A stretch of DNA of 64,000 bases from Octopus vulgaris (GCA_951406725.2 OX597830.1:28334001-28398000); one strand, 5' to 3'. Shown: positions 28,033-42,127, counted from the first letter of the stretch. Notes: generated from the letters alone by a model not told the origin. Numbers and translations: made by a program.

Positions 28033-28129
28033 TTGCCTGTATCTGAGAGTGTGTGTGTGGTGGGGTGCGTGCAAGTGTTCACACACATACATACACACAC
28101 ACACATACACACACATATACATATATATA

Positions 28130-29001
28130 TGAGGACTGATCAATAAGTATCCGACTGTTGACATAGTAACGAAGATGAAGCTCTCTGGGTGAAACTGCGT
28201 GGCTAATATTGACCGTAACATGTGCAGTGCATACTCACTAAGCTTTAAAGTTCTAGCTCATATCTACTGTTTACAACAGTGTTTCGAAGGAAGGTATGTA
28301 GCATGTGATTGTCGCATTGACCATAGCAGAGAAAGTTGTCATGTTGATACCTGCTCGGAGGCTTAGCAAAGTTACAGAAAGCGTATGAAGAGGAGTGTAT
28401 GAGCCGCACGCAAGTGGTTCAGACGTTTCCAAGTTTTCGATATTGACGGATGTCTGGGAGATCCACAACCAGCAGAACTGAGAAAAACATCGATGATGTA
28501 CGTGAGACTGTGAGAGGGAAATCGTCGAATCACCATCCGTGAGTTATCAGGGGATGTGCAGTATAGTTACGGTTCAGTTCAGTCCATTATCACTGAAGAT
28601 TTGGTTATGAGACACGTGTCTGCCAAATTGTGCCCAAACTGCTTTCAGCTGACTATAAAGGCACTCGGGATTCAGTTGCAGAAGAACTCCTTGAGTGTGT
28701 CGGGAACGAGGAAAACTGTTTGAAAATTTTGCGCTTGCCTCTGAGCAGGTTTCGCCAGGCTTTTGGCAAAATTTGATGCAGATTCTCTGCTCGACGTCCT
28801 CTCTCATAGCTAATGTGATGATCACATACTACACACCTTCCCTCCAATCACTTCTGTAAACAGGGAATGTGAGGGAGAACACTATATCTTAGCGCACATG
28901 CAGAACAGAGGTTAAGGTGAATCTGTGCCAAGCGGCTTTAATTTGCATGCTTTACCTTTGTTACTATGGCAACACTCCGGATACTTGTTAATCAGACCAC
29001 G
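28130..29001. mobile_element. Mariner fold-back derivative built from two 5' ends
   Basis: TIRs tgaggactgatcaataagtatcc / ggatacttgttaatcagaccacg. Plus strand encodes NRRITIRELS...MRHVSAK (HTH and linker). Minus strand encodes the transposase N-terminus EQRICIKFCQK. Confidence 0.85.
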
Positions 29002-29037
29002 CATATATATATATATATGTTTTATTTATTAAATTGT

Positions 29038-29164
<127 letters not shown>

Positions 29165-29220
29165 GTCTATCTTTACATCCCACTTCTGTCTAAAGAACTA
29201 TCAATCTTTCTATCTATCTT

Positions 29221-29293
<73 letters not shown>

Positions 29294-30546
29294 GTGTATG
29301 TGGCTATTCTCGTATCAGTATATCTATCCGAACATCTATCTATGAAGATATCTCCTATTATTCATGATCTGCTTTCTATAAATATATTTGCTGTATTTTT
29401 GTATATTTTTGCTTTTATTTTCACAGCATATTTTTTCTTCCACTCTACCTTCGTCTCTCAGTGTGTCTGTCTATGTCTCTTTTACCCTTTCTGTCTGTCT
29501 TTCCCTCCTGAAAGTGTGTGCTTACTCTTCCCCTTAAATAATGCCATACTATACAGATTCCCCTGCCACGGGCTGAAGCGACCCTCAAGAACACAACTCC
29601 CTCACCACCAGCAACCAAACATCCAGTGTGAATCCCCTTACCACGATTGCACAAACATCGACGTCACAAGCACATCCCCACCACCACCACCACCACTACC
29701 TCTAGTGTCGTCGTCGTCATCATCATCAACAATAACAACAAAAACAACAAAAACTAGAGGAAATAGACCGCAACAACAACTAGAACAACGACATACTCAG
29801 CATCACCACCAGAAATAACACTGACAGCAACATCAGCAGCAAATGCAGCAGCGAAACTAAAGTAGAAGCAGCAGCAGCAGTAGCAGCAGTATTATCATTA
29901 TCACCCTCTGAACTAGCAGCATGTTGTGTTTTTTTTTCATTATTCTTTTGTTTTTTATTTTATTTTATTTTATTTTCACAGAACGCCATTCTCTCCTCCC
30001 ATTCTCCCGCGAATGTCAGCTCGTCTAAACCATCGCCCTACGTCGGTGCCTGGCCATGAGTAATTAAAAAGGAATAACTTGGACAAGATGGCTGCCACGA
30101 CTTGGAATGCAGTGGCTAATATCTGTTTTTGGACGGATAATTACATATGATCTCATTCACAGCAGTTCCTTTTTCTTCAATGCCTATTAATGCATTTTAG
30201 TCCGCTATTTTTCTTCTTAGTTTTCCTATCGTTTTTCCATCCACCTTCGTTTTCTAACATCTTCGTCATTCTCTCATGGTGTTCGTCCGACCGTTGTCTG
30301 TTTTTTTCCTCTTTCACTCCTTCTTCTACTCCTCCTCCTTCTTACTTTCGTACTACGCTCACAGAAAATCTTTTTCTTATTTCAAAGCCTTAACGTTCGC
30401 TTCTACAAAAAAAAAATCTGATCGATATGCTTGATATAATGTAACATGTATGTTGTATTAACAATAAATGCACGCTGGTGAATTTTTTTTTTATACTATA
30501 CGTCATATGTACTTCAGGTTACATGAACATATCTATCTGTCTGGTC

Positions 30547-30634
<88 letters not shown>

Positions 30635-30647
30635 GTGGGTTTGTCTC

Positions 30648-30696
<49 letters not shown>

Positions 30697-30840
30697 TATT
30701 GAAATTATAAATTAGGGTATCTACGAGGTACCACGATGCTGAAAATAGCAGCCATGGTCTGACTCTAAAACCACCTTAAGTGTCCATATATCGACACGGA
30801 AAGAAAACACAGATGAAACTAGTAAAAAAATTACTGGATA

Positions 30841-30899
30841 ATTCTAGATCCCGGATTTCTGACTTTGCATTTGGGAATGGTTTGTCTTGTCAGTAGAAT
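30841..30899 (-). ncRNA. Hammerhead motif, tandem copy 1
   Basis: ATTCTA-CTGACAA-GAC..GTC-a-GAAA-TCCGGGA-TC-TAGAAT. Confidence 0.75.
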
Positions 30900-30978
30900 A
30901 CACACAGAAGAGAAACATAAATTGAAAGGCGGGCATTTTGAACTGGCCATGATGAAACTAGTAAAAAATTACTGGATA

Positions 30979-31037
30979 ATACTAGATCCCTGATTTCTGA
31001 CTTTGCATTTGAGAATGCTTTGTCTCCTCAGTAGAAT
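30979..31037 (-). ncRNA. Hammerhead motif, tandem copy 2 (intact core)
   Basis: ATTCTA-CTGAGGA-GAC aaa GCATT ctca AATGC aaa GTC-a-GAAA-TCAGGGA-TC-TAGTAT. Confidence 0.8.
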
Positions 31038-31187
31038 ACACACAGAAGAGAAACATAAATTAAAGGGCGGGTATTTTGAACTGGCTATGATGCATACGTG
31101 CATATATATGTAGGTATACGTTCGTATATGTAAGTATTCGTATGTTGTATTTATATATACATATATTTATGTTTCTCTTCTGTGTGT

Positions 31188-31246
31188 ATTCTACTGACGA
31201 GGCAAAGCATTCCAAAATGCAAAGTCAGATATCCGGGATCTAGAAT
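31188..31246 (+). ncRNA. Hammerhead motif, inverted copy 3
   Basis: ATTCTA-CTGACGA-GGC..GTC-a-GATA-TCCGGGA-TC-TAGAAT, with a perfect 6-bp stem I. Confidence 0.75.
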
Positions 31247-31667
31247 TATCCAGAAAGTTTTTACTAGTTTCATCTTGTCTCTTTGTTTTCTCTCCGTGTC
31301 GATATATGGACACTTAAGGTGGTTTTAGAGTCAGACCATGGCTGCTATTTTCAGCATGGTGGTATCTCGTAGATACCCTAATTTATAATTTTAATAATTA
31401 TTACCTTTGAAGGTTATTTTTTCCATGCTGACCACTTGATGAAATCGTTATTTTATTTTTAAATTAACGATCTTATCCTTATTTATATAAATTTAAATTA
31501 ATTTCGTCACTGTATTTTATCAATATTAGGTGATATAAGATTCGTACTTCCCTATGAGTCGGCATGGAAATCTAGGTTATGGAATGGAAGGAAATGTAAT
31601 TGTCTGTCAATGAACATTTCAAATCCAATCCTCAGGTGGTAACTGATGCTTACAGAGTTGCAGGTCA

Positions 31668-32054
31668 TCTCTCTCTATATAAACGGCAGTTTGTCTGTGT
31701 GTGTTTCTGTGTGTCTGTTTGGTTGTACCCTCACCCTGACCACGGCTTTCAACCGATTCTGATGAAACTTGACACACACATAGCCCAATGTCATAATTCA
31801 AAACTAACGCAGTGAACATTTTGAAAAGTTCACCCAGTTCTGAAAAAAATCGATAAATTCAACATGGGGTCGAGAATCAGAATCACAAACCACAGACTGT
31901 CTAGGGGACGCAACTCGACCTTTTTTAACTCTCCCAAAAAAAATTTACCATCATTTTTTTTCCATTTTTTTGCTATTTTTTGGCTATAACTCTCTAAAAA
32001 TGCTTTATAGTTATTTCCCTTACAAACCTGAGCAACGCCGGGCGATACTGCTCA
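31668..32054 (+). mobile_element. Non-autonomous Helitron-like element
   Basis: 5' a|TCTCTCTCTATATAAA, then gtctgt microsatellite and tcaaccgattctgatgaaact core. Subterminal hairpin cctgagcaacgccggg followed by a degenerate CTAG-like end (ctgctca). Confidence 0.75.
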
Positions 32055-32079
32055 TAATTTATAATAATACTAAATTAAC

Positions 32080-32630
32080 ATGAGGAAAGGGATACAGAAG
32101 TAAACAGTACTAGCTTTAATGAGTTATTGCCCATCAAGTTGGGAGTCCGAAATTCGTTGTAAAAATCGAGGATTACTCTAGAAAAGGACAACGACGGATG
32201 ATGCGAGAACGAGGCCATTTTCCATCATTCCATACTTTTCGTATGCAAGTCGTCGGAATTCGCTTTGAGCATTCTAATTTTTTCACAGTGTACGTACCGG
32301 CCGCTTCGGCGAAAAGCACCCTCGGAGGAACCGTGTGGGCCGAAACGACCGGGAGGTGGACGCGCTACGGTAACGGCGAAGGCCGACGACGCCTGCCTCG
32401 TGGCTCCCGCACCAACCCGCGCGACAGTGCAAGTCATCCTATTAAGGATCTTCTGTATGAAATCTGTTTGCCCTGGAAATGTTCTCCAAAAACAACTTTT
32501 TAGCATAGATGGAATAAAGGAAGGGGTGCATAGGTGGCTCATCTCTCCTACCTGAAAGAATTTCTTCTGAGGCAATGGAAAAGCTTGCGCTAAGACTGGC
32601 CAAATATCTTCAAAAGCTACTGTGTTATGC
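32080..32630 (+). mobile_element. Decayed mariner transposase fragment interrupted by an rRNA insert
   Basis: EIRCKNRGLL upstream of the insert. IKEGVHRWL and KEFSSEAMEKLALR downstream resemble the mariner catalytic-domain C-terminus. Confidence 0.6.
32193..32432 (-). pseudogene. 18S rRNA fragment (V4 expansion region and the following conserved segment)
   Basis: Minus strand reads ACTGTGAAAAAATTAGAATGCTCAAAGC...GGAATGATGGAA, matching conserved 18S landmarks ACTTTGAAAAAATTAGAGTGYTCAAAGC...GGAATAATGGAA. It is preceded by a very GC-rich segment in an AT-rich context. Confidence 0.85.
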
Positions 32631-33125
32631 ATGATGTAATAGTAATCTTAAGATATTTGTTGTTGAAATAAATTAAAAATAAGCGTATTATAGAATGCTG
32701 ATTTCCTTTGGCAAAAACAAAAGAGAAATAGAAATGTTGTGCCAACGTAATAACAACGACAACGAAATTCACGCTTCGATTTCAAATGTACCATATAGAG
32801 ATTAGAGGGAGAAAACATCAAGTAATGTGCGCACGACAGATTTTTCCTGCCAATTGGAAAGACGTATAATTCCTTTGCGAATAACACGCCTGCTCATATA
32901 TATACAAACATGCAAACATATATAAATTGAGACAGAGAAATCCATCCATTCATAATACATACATACATACATATAAAAATGCATATATATATATATATAT
33001 ATATATGTTTATATATATGTATATATGTGTGTTTGTGTGTGCATGCATATATATATATATACATATGTATGTGCACATGTATATACATATATATATATAT
33101 AGTTATATAAATATATACATGTACA

Positions 33126-33175
<50 letters not shown>

Positions 33176-33230
33176 TACATACATATATATATATATACAT
33201 ACATATATATATATACATATATACATACAT

Positions 33231-33284
<54 letters not shown>

Positions 33285-33519
33285 CTGCCTATTATAAGGA
33301 AATGTTTAATATAGGGAAAAGTAAGGTAAAATGTTTTTCGAAGTCAACATATAGAGAACAGGTAAAATGGGAATGTAAGATTGAACTTGAACATGTTGTT
33401 AGCGCGTATCTACATATGGGTGTACGTGTGTCTGCATGTGTGTGTGTGTGTGTTTGTGCACTGGGAGTCATATACAATGCTGAGTTGTACATACATACGT
33501 GTATGTGCGTGTGTCTGTT

Positions 33520-33574
<55 letters not shown>

Positions 33575-33707
33575 GTATGTATTGATGCATATGTACATAT
33601 GCACATATACATGTTAATACATATATATGGATATCTATCTATCTATCTATCTATCTATCGACATATCTGTCTATCTAGCTCTCTATCTCTATCTCTCTCT
33701 TTCTCTT

Positions 33708-33781
<74 letters not shown>

Positions 33782-34147
33782 TAGAGAGAGAGAGAGAGAT
33801 ACAGACGTACACACACACACGCGCGCACACTTTTACTTCAAAAAAAGATGAATATTATGCACTCAATGACTTCTGAATGTAAACACGTCCCGATTAAAAA
33901 ATATCTAAACAAAAAGAAAATACAGAGAAATCATTGCACTGAGGCAAAATTAATAATAATAATAAAAAAAGGAGAAAATCACAGAAATCTTATTTGAAGG
34001 TCGGTAGAAAATTAAGAACAAAATATAGACTTTCAAGTTGAAAAATCAATTATTTCGGTAAAATATATTTTTCTACAATGTAAATTATATTTGATATACT
34101 TACTTGCCCCCCCCCCATACACACACACGTGCGCGCACACACATACA

Positions 34148-34228
<81 letters not shown>

Positions 34229-34269
34229 AAATGTATGTATATATATATATATATCTATATCTATATATA

Positions 34270-34325
<56 letters not shown>

Positions 34326-34933
34326 TATTTTCATATTAAATAAAATATATAGATGTTTTTTAGCAGCTTAACATGGTAGCGAAGATTTATACAAGCTTAT
34401 GGTTCTGGTATTATAGGATATGAACACCTTAAAAACATATATAAATGCAAGATAGCGTAAATAAATACATATGAAAAAGTGAAAAAAAAGGAGAAGTAAA
34501 AAACAGAATAGTATAATTTCATGGAACCTCATTCGAATTACTTAACACTTTCGAACTGGCGTTCATATATGTAGACTCACTGTATTCATGTTTGTTTGAG
34601 CAACTGTACTCCTCTATAGCTAATAATTTATATGGCAGTTGTTTGCATTAGAAATGATGTCCTTGTTCTTGGCTATATATATATATATATATATATATAC
34701 AAATATGTGTGTATGTATGTATGTATGTATGTATATATGTATATATATATGTGTGTGTATAAAGATTATTTTTGTTTACAATGAAAATGTTGACAGTGAC
34801 TCCAAAGTTTTTCGCTCGCGTGTCTGCATAGATAAGTTTAACCATGAATATCTATCTATCTATCTATCTATCTATATAGATATGTAGTTCTCTCTTTCTC
34901 GATATATATATATATAAATATAAATATACACAC

Positions 34934-34988
<55 letters not shown>

Positions 34989-35002
34989 AATATACACACA
35001 TA

Positions 35003-35058
<56 letters not shown>

Positions 35059-35633
35059 TGTGTGTGCACGTCTGTCCGTGCAACGTAAGCAGCCTAATGC
35101 AATAAACAAGGAAGCCCTAAAAACGTTTAACCCTTTGAGAATCAAACCTACAATAAAGGACTACTCACAGCCTAGAGAACGCAAGATATAGGAGGTTAAC
35201 AGAGAAATATCACATCAACCGTATACAAATGTCTTCAACTACCTAATGCATATCATACTTTCGAAAGTTCTACATGTCATTTATGTTAGAATTATAGCTA
35301 AGGTGTCTTGTGTTATCCACACAGATCTGGTGATATTCAAAACACACCTGATAGAAATTGGTCACAGTGACTAATTATATTGATATACATTTTGCTGTTC
35401 TGTGTGGCATTTGCTAACCACCCAGCGTCCTGTGTGTTTCACTCTCCTTCGACAAGACGTATCAGCCAAATGTGTCCGAAATCGTGTACTGTTTCGTATA
35501 ATAATTTTGCTGTATTAACGAATGATAATGAGTGAATTATCATAGCTGCTAAAATGCGTTCGACCATAATTTTCCTCGATCTGGGACAACCAAATCTTAA
35601 CCGTTACGCTCACGGTAGCAGCAACAATAGCAG

Positions 35634-35692
<59 letters not shown>

Positions 35693-37402
35693 CGTCTGTC
35701 CGTACAACATAAACACCCTAATACACCCTGATGTTTGAACATAGAACGTAAAAAGGCGAAGAAACACCGCTTCGCATCTTGTCTGGTGTGTTAACGAGCC
35801 TGCCAGCTCGTTTTGTCGTAGCCAATAGCAAATACATATAAAAAATATTGCACAATACTTGAGGAATACCCTTGGTATATGTAGAGAATAGCTAAACCTC
35901 AGGGAATACTTACTTGGCAACACATCATAGAACCTGTGTACCCTTTGTATTATTTCCAAAATACTTGGTTTGCTGCAGGTATCTGACACAGCGCAAGAAA
36001 AATGAGATTTCCATTATATGTCAAATTTTCTGATGAATTAACTTAGAACTTGATATCTTTTCTGCTAACAAAACTTAGAATATGTACGCTGACTAAAGTC
36101 ACACTCAGGGAAGAGCTGGTTCCTTGCTTTTCTTAGATTCATTTTCACCATTGCTTTCTATTTCAATTCATTTCTCCCTTGGGTTTTTGCAGTTTTATAC
36201 TTGTCACCTTTTCTCTTTTTCGTAAACATTCTGATGTCTATCTTCCAACGAAACAGGATAAAAACAAATATTTCTTCGCAAAAAAATAAAAGGAATATGA
36301 AATGCAAAATTAACTGTGTGATTCGAAAGCATTCCTTCCAAACATGTTATCTTGGTTCAATACTACTGTATAGCATTTGGCCAAGTATATTCTACAATAT
36401 ACATGAGGGGATGCTGAAAAGTCCCTCAATTTGGGTAAAAAGGAAAAGCTAAAACAGTTTTTCTAAACCCTGTAAAAAATCTCTGAAGGTTGCCCCCCCA
36501 CCCATCCAGGCCTTTTGCGACATCCTTAAAGCCAGGAATTGTTCTGCCTTCCCTCTCTTTTTCACCTGTTTAGTGGACTAGAGCAACGTAAAATAAGGTG
36601 TCTTACTCAAGAACACAACAGATTGACCGGTCCAGGAATTGAAAACACTGTCTTCCGACGATCAAGACTACTGCATTCTAACCACTAAACTACACGCCTA
36701 CGTACATACACAAACACACAGACACAGGCAGACAGAGAGACAGGCAGAAACATACACACACACGTATATAAGTATTTGTCTATGTGTTTGAACCCCACCA
36801 CTACTGAGGTAACCCGTGTTGTTTTTTTTACGTCCACGTAATTTAGCGATTCGGCAAAAGAAACATTAGACTACGGAAGAGGCTTCTGAAAAATAATAGA
36901 GTCGATTTATTTAAGTAAACTTCGAGGTGGTGATCCATTAATCAACAGTCCAATCAGTGAGACAATTAAAAAATAAAAACGATAGCAGGTGGGCTGTGCT
37001 ATTCATGGGAGAGTGATACAGAATGCGATGCCCCTGAGAAGCGGTTAACTGGCTGTGAAGCCGGCCTCCATGAAACATGTCCACGCTTATTTTTAGTGTA
37101 TCAACAGCATAGGATGAACGTGTTTGCTTTTTAGATCATTCAAATCCGTGAACAGACAGAATTGTGAGCATGTGGGATAAAATACACAATATTTTTTTAT
37201 TTCTACGTTACCTTGTAATTTCAAAAGTTACAGAGCTCGGCTTTGTTTCTAATCCTTTCGCGCTTGATAAAATAAGTGACTATCGGGCACTAGGGTGAAC
37301 GTAATTGACTATTCCCTCCATCAAAATTGCTGATCATGTGCTAAAATCAGAAAACCATTCTTCAATCACTCGCATTATGACTTTGTAACATTTTAAGCTT
37401 GT

Positions 37403-38035
37403 AAGGCGGTGAGCTGGCAGAAACGTTAGCAAGCCGGGCGAAATGCTTAGCAGTATTTCGTCTGCCGTTACGTTCTGAGTTCAAATTCCGCCGACTTTGC
37501 CTTTCATCCTTTCGAGGTCGATTAAATAAGTACCAGTTACGCACTGGGGTCGATATAATCGACTTAATCCGTTTGTCTGTCCTTGTTTGCCCTCTCTGTG
37601 TGTAGCCCCTTGTCGGTAGTAAAGAAATAGGTATTTCGTCTGTCGTTACGTTCTGAATTCAAATTCCACCGAGGTCGACTTTGTCTTTCATTCTTTCGGG
37701 GTCGATAAATTAAGTACCATTTGCGTACTGGAGATGATCTAATCGACCGGCCTACTCCCCCGAAATTTCGGGCCTTGTGCCTTGTGACTAGAATAGAAAA
37801 GAATGTTTTAAGTTTGTTTAAGGCGGTGATTTGGCGGAAACGTTAAATCGCTGGGCAAAATGTTTAGCGGCATTTTGTCCGTCTTCACGTTCTGAGTTCA
37901 AATTTTACAGAGGTTAACTTTGCCTTCCATCCCCTCGAGGTCAATAAAATAAGTACCAGCTGAGCACTGAAGTTGATGTAAAAGACTTTCTCCTCCCCCA
38001 AAATTTCTGGCCTTGTGACAAAATTTGAAACCAAT
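37403..38035 (+). mobile_element. SINE family A, two adjacent copies
   Basis: Heads aaggcggtgag/aaggcggtgat at 37403 and about 37820. The first copy has a duplicated central domain. Confidence 0.9.
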
Positions 38036-38588
38036 ATATTAAACTTGTTTCAATTCTTCTTGAATACGATGTGTTGGCCACAAAATAGACAAACACGCAC
38101 ATACACGACTCCTCCTATGCACATACATACATACATACATACATACATACACACAAACGCATATATGAGAGAGTAAGAAGGAAGGAATTGATCAATGGAT
38201 ACATTGAGTTGCCCACATTGAAACATACGTAATGTTTTCGGATCTATTTCAATACTTTCTTTTAAATAGATTCCAGCCTGTTCCCGTAGGCGGCCTTGCA
38301 TGGTAACACCATTTTTCTCCAATTATTACATCCAGCTTTTCTTCGGAAAGCCTATCCCCGTGCCTGCTTGGCATCCCTCTCCGTCACTCTCTTCTCTGTT
38401 TCTCTTTCTCTCTCTGTGAATCCATGCTGTCGTTTGTTCTTCTGACATATGATTCTTTACGATTGCTTCCAGATGTTTCACCGAAAGGGCTTTGCTCAAT
38501 TCTAAACTTGAAACTATTTAATTTAACAGCGAACCAACTTATACGTCTTTACCACACCCATAGATACAATCATACAGCCATCAACTCC

Positions 38589-38619
<31 letters not shown>

Positions 38620-38622
38620 TCG

Positions 38623-38687
<65 letters not shown>

Positions 38688-38709
38688 GTCGTCGTCGTCA
38701 TCATCATCG

Positions 38710-38840
<131 letters not shown>

Positions 38841-39289
38841 GTCGTCTTCGTCGTCATAGTTGTTGTTGTCGACATCGTCGCCATCGTTTCCGTCATCATC
38901 ATCATCACCCAAGTAGTCGTGGTGGCCATTGTTGTCGCTGACGTAATTCTATTCCTCTTTCATTATTTACTGTCTTTTATCCTTCCAGGCTCGATCGAAT
39001 CAGAACCACTCGAGTATTGGGATCGGTTTAATGGATTACGCTATTCCCCAAAATTTCTGATTTTGTACTTTTAGTTGTAAGGATTATAATAAAAAATAGT
39101 AATAATAATAATAATGATTATTATTATTATCATTATTATTATTATCTTCTTCTTTCAAATTTGCTTCCATTTCTTGCCGAGTGTCTTCCCGACTCCTAGG
39201 GTAAAGAAACTCATAGTATATATTGGTAGGCCATTAAACTAAATTCAATAGTTCGTTCATTTTTTTTTTTAAGTTAAAAAAACTATTAC

Positions 39290-39379
39290 TACATGGGTAG
39301 TAATACTTCTTCATGGGTAGTAATAGTTCTCCATGGGTAGAAATAGTTCTACATGGTTAGTAATAGTTCTACATGGGTA

Positions 39380-39380
<1 letters not shown>
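39290..39380. repeat. 20-bp minisatellite (catgggtagtaatagttct), about 4.5 copies
   Basis: Directly visible tandem units. Confidence 0.9.
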
Positions 39381-39419
<39 letters not shown>

Positions 39420-39909
39420 GAGTGAGCGAGCAGAGCATGCCATCAAAGTGACACTGGGGTAAAATATACGAAGCCCAGTATACCCATCATGACTACCCGT
39501 CTGATAAGGGTACACCAGGCACATGCATCACAACCATATGTGGGCGACATGGTGATCTCATATCAAGATAAACAGCACATGACCTTGCAGGTGGAGCCCA
39601 GTTAGAATTTTCTTCAGATCGAGTAACCCATCCTGCTCAAAAGGTCACTGAATAAGGGTTGTTTAAGGACGTTGAACGAAACACCCATGTTTCCAGAGGT
39701 GAATTATTCAAACCCCAAAGAATTCTTCTCAACACATGGCTATGATGCTCCCCCACAACTTCTGCTCGTGATCAGAGATGCACATATCGTCAGCCACTAA
39801 GGGACATGCTCAACTGGTTAAGGTCAAACAACTGACAAGCAAATCTGTGGTATTGAGCAGAATATTTGCTGTAGCCCATCTTTTATACGAAGACAAAACA
39901 ATGTACATG
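39420..39909. mobile_element. (TAA)n-embedded non-autonomous retroelement, copy 1 (truncated)
   Basis: Direct-repeat homologue of 40090-40661, bounded by (ATT)n on both sides. Confidence 0.8.
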
Positions 39910-40025
<116 letters not shown>

Positions 40026-40030
40026 CATCA

Positions 40031-40089
<59 letters not shown>

Positions 40090-40659
40090 GAGTGAGAAAG
40101 CAGAGCATGCAATGAAAGCGACGCTAGGGTAAAATATACTGGAGTAAAATATACGAATCTCGGTATACACATCATGACTAACCGTCTGATAAAGGTACAC
40201 TAGGCACATGCATCACAAACATATGTGCGTGACATGATGATCTCATATCAAGTTAAACTGCACATGACCTTGCAGGTGGGGCCCAGTTACAATTTTCTTC
40301 TGGTCGAGTAACCCATCCCGCTCAAAAGGTCCTTGCATAAGGATTATTTAAGGATGTTGAACGAAACACCTTATGTTTCCACAAGTGATTTATTCAATCG
40401 CCAAAGAATCCCTCTCAACACATGGCTATGATGGTCCCCCACTACTTCTGCTCGTGATCAGAGATGCACATGCCGTCAGCCACTAAGGGACATAGTCAAT
40501 TGGTTAAGGTCAAACAACTGACAAGCGAATCTGTAGTACTGAGCAGAACATTTGCTGTAGTCCATCGTTTATACCAAGACAAAACAATGTACATGATAAC
40601 ACTTCCAATCAGTTAAGATCAGAAGCCACGAGAGCCACTGCCTGGTACTGCAGCAGGGC

Positions 40660-40661
<2 letters not shown>
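40090..40661. mobile_element. (TAA)n-embedded non-autonomous retroelement, copy 2
   Basis: gagtgagaaagcagagcatgc...gcagcagggcat between (ATT)n tracts. No coding capacity seen. Confidence 0.8.
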
Positions 40662-40707
<46 letters not shown>

Positions 40708-40721
40708 GATTATTATTATTA

Positions 40722-40824
<103 letters not shown>

Positions 40825-40843
40825 TTCATTATCATTATTATTG

Positions 40844-40893
<50 letters not shown>

Positions 40894-40897
40894 GTTA

Positions 40898-41955
40898 CAC
40901 CCGACTCAGGTAAGTTTGCCCTTATTCTTGGTAGAATTTATGAGGCTAGTGGGTTACTACCTGTAAACTTAAATGACTAAAAGCCTTCAATAATCTTTCA
41001 AGTGCACAAATTCCTCTTGATAATCTTTCCTGTACCTAAGAACCAAACTTTTTTTTAGAAGCTGTACAGGACATTCAATTCGAAACGCCTTCGGCCATTT
41101 CATCTATATCCTTACTTACTGTTCCTAACGCACCAATGATTACCGGCGCAGATCTCATATTCCACTATAGGCGTAGGAGTGGCTGTGAGGTAACAAGCTT
41201 GCTTACCAACCACATGGTCCCGGGTTCAGTCCCACTACGTGGCATCTTGGGCAAGTGTCTTCTACTATAGTATCGGGCCGACCAAAGCCATGTAAGTAGA
41301 TTTGGTAGACGGAAACTTAAAGCAGCTCGTCGTATATATGTCTATATATATATATATGTGTGTGTGTGTATGTGTGTGTGTGTGTGTGTGTATGTGTGTG
41401 TGTTTTTGTGTATCTGTGTTTTTCCCCTCAACATCGCTTTACAACCGATGCCGGTGTGTTTACGTCCTCGTAACCTAGCGGTTCGGCAAAAGAGACCGAT
41501 AGAATAAGTACTAGGCTTACAAAAAAAAAAGTCCTGGGATAGATTTGCTCGACTAAAGGCGGTGCTCCAGCATGGCCACAGTCACGTGACTGAAACAAGT
41601 TAAGAGTAATTTCCCAGTTTTTTTTTCTTTTCAGTCATGAAATGAGACGGACATGATGACTGAATTAGTATACAACTTCGTTTCTCTTTGTCTATTAGTG
41701 TTACGACTGGTTAATGATTTTCTAGCGTCATAAACCTTTGAATAGAAAAAACCCCATAAAAACCTTGTATTTATGCGACTCCAGCTCTCTTTCAACTTGA
41801 TGATCACACCAAGTACTTCCATCTACTAATCCTCATTTCTGACACCGCCCCCCCCCACTGCAAAACTTTCGCAAAAATTGGTCATATCTTCATTTATTAT
41901 ATTCTGTCTGAGTCAATTTGGGAAATTCTCTATAAATACGTTCGTTCTATTGCTC
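40898..41955 (-). mobile_element. R4/Dong-like non-LTR retrotransposon 3' end (RLE domain), interrupted by a SINE
   Basis: Minus-strand motifs PKLTQTEY..RYD, WCDHQVE..LW.FSIQ, PVIIGALGTVSK and LGTGKIIKR. The 3' end abuts a (TAA)n tract. Confidence 0.8.
41168..41608 (+). mobile_element. SINE family B nested in the R4/Dong-like element
   Basis: Full head, internal microsatellite and tail. Confidence 0.9.
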
Positions 41956-42012
41956 AATCCCAAACTCCTCCTACTTTAAATATTGTTGATTCCTTCACAC
42001 ACCCCACACACA

Positions 42013-42067
<55 letters not shown>

Positions 42068-42092
42068 ACTACTACTACTACTACTGCTGTTG

Positions 42093-42127
<35 letters not shown>

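Noticed and set aside
30812-31092. CRISPR-like repeat array
   Set aside because: Whole units are duplicated with no unique spacers, the context is eukaryotic, and there are no cas genes.
31755-31775. CTGATGAAAC in the Helitron
   Set aside because: No stem II or stem I. It is part of the typical Helitron core aaccgattctgatgaaact.
32195-32632. GC-rich ORFs, riboswitch or group II intron-like look
   Set aside because: Explained by an 18S rRNA fragment on the minus strand.
35127-35140. TTAACCCTTT piggyBac-like terminus
   Set aside because: No matching partner terminus nearby and no transposase remnant recognised.
40440-40530. Possible HDV-like ribozyme in the TAA-embedded element
   Set aside because: A P1-like pairing (gtcagtt/ggctgac) exists, but no P2 partner or J4/2 could be placed.
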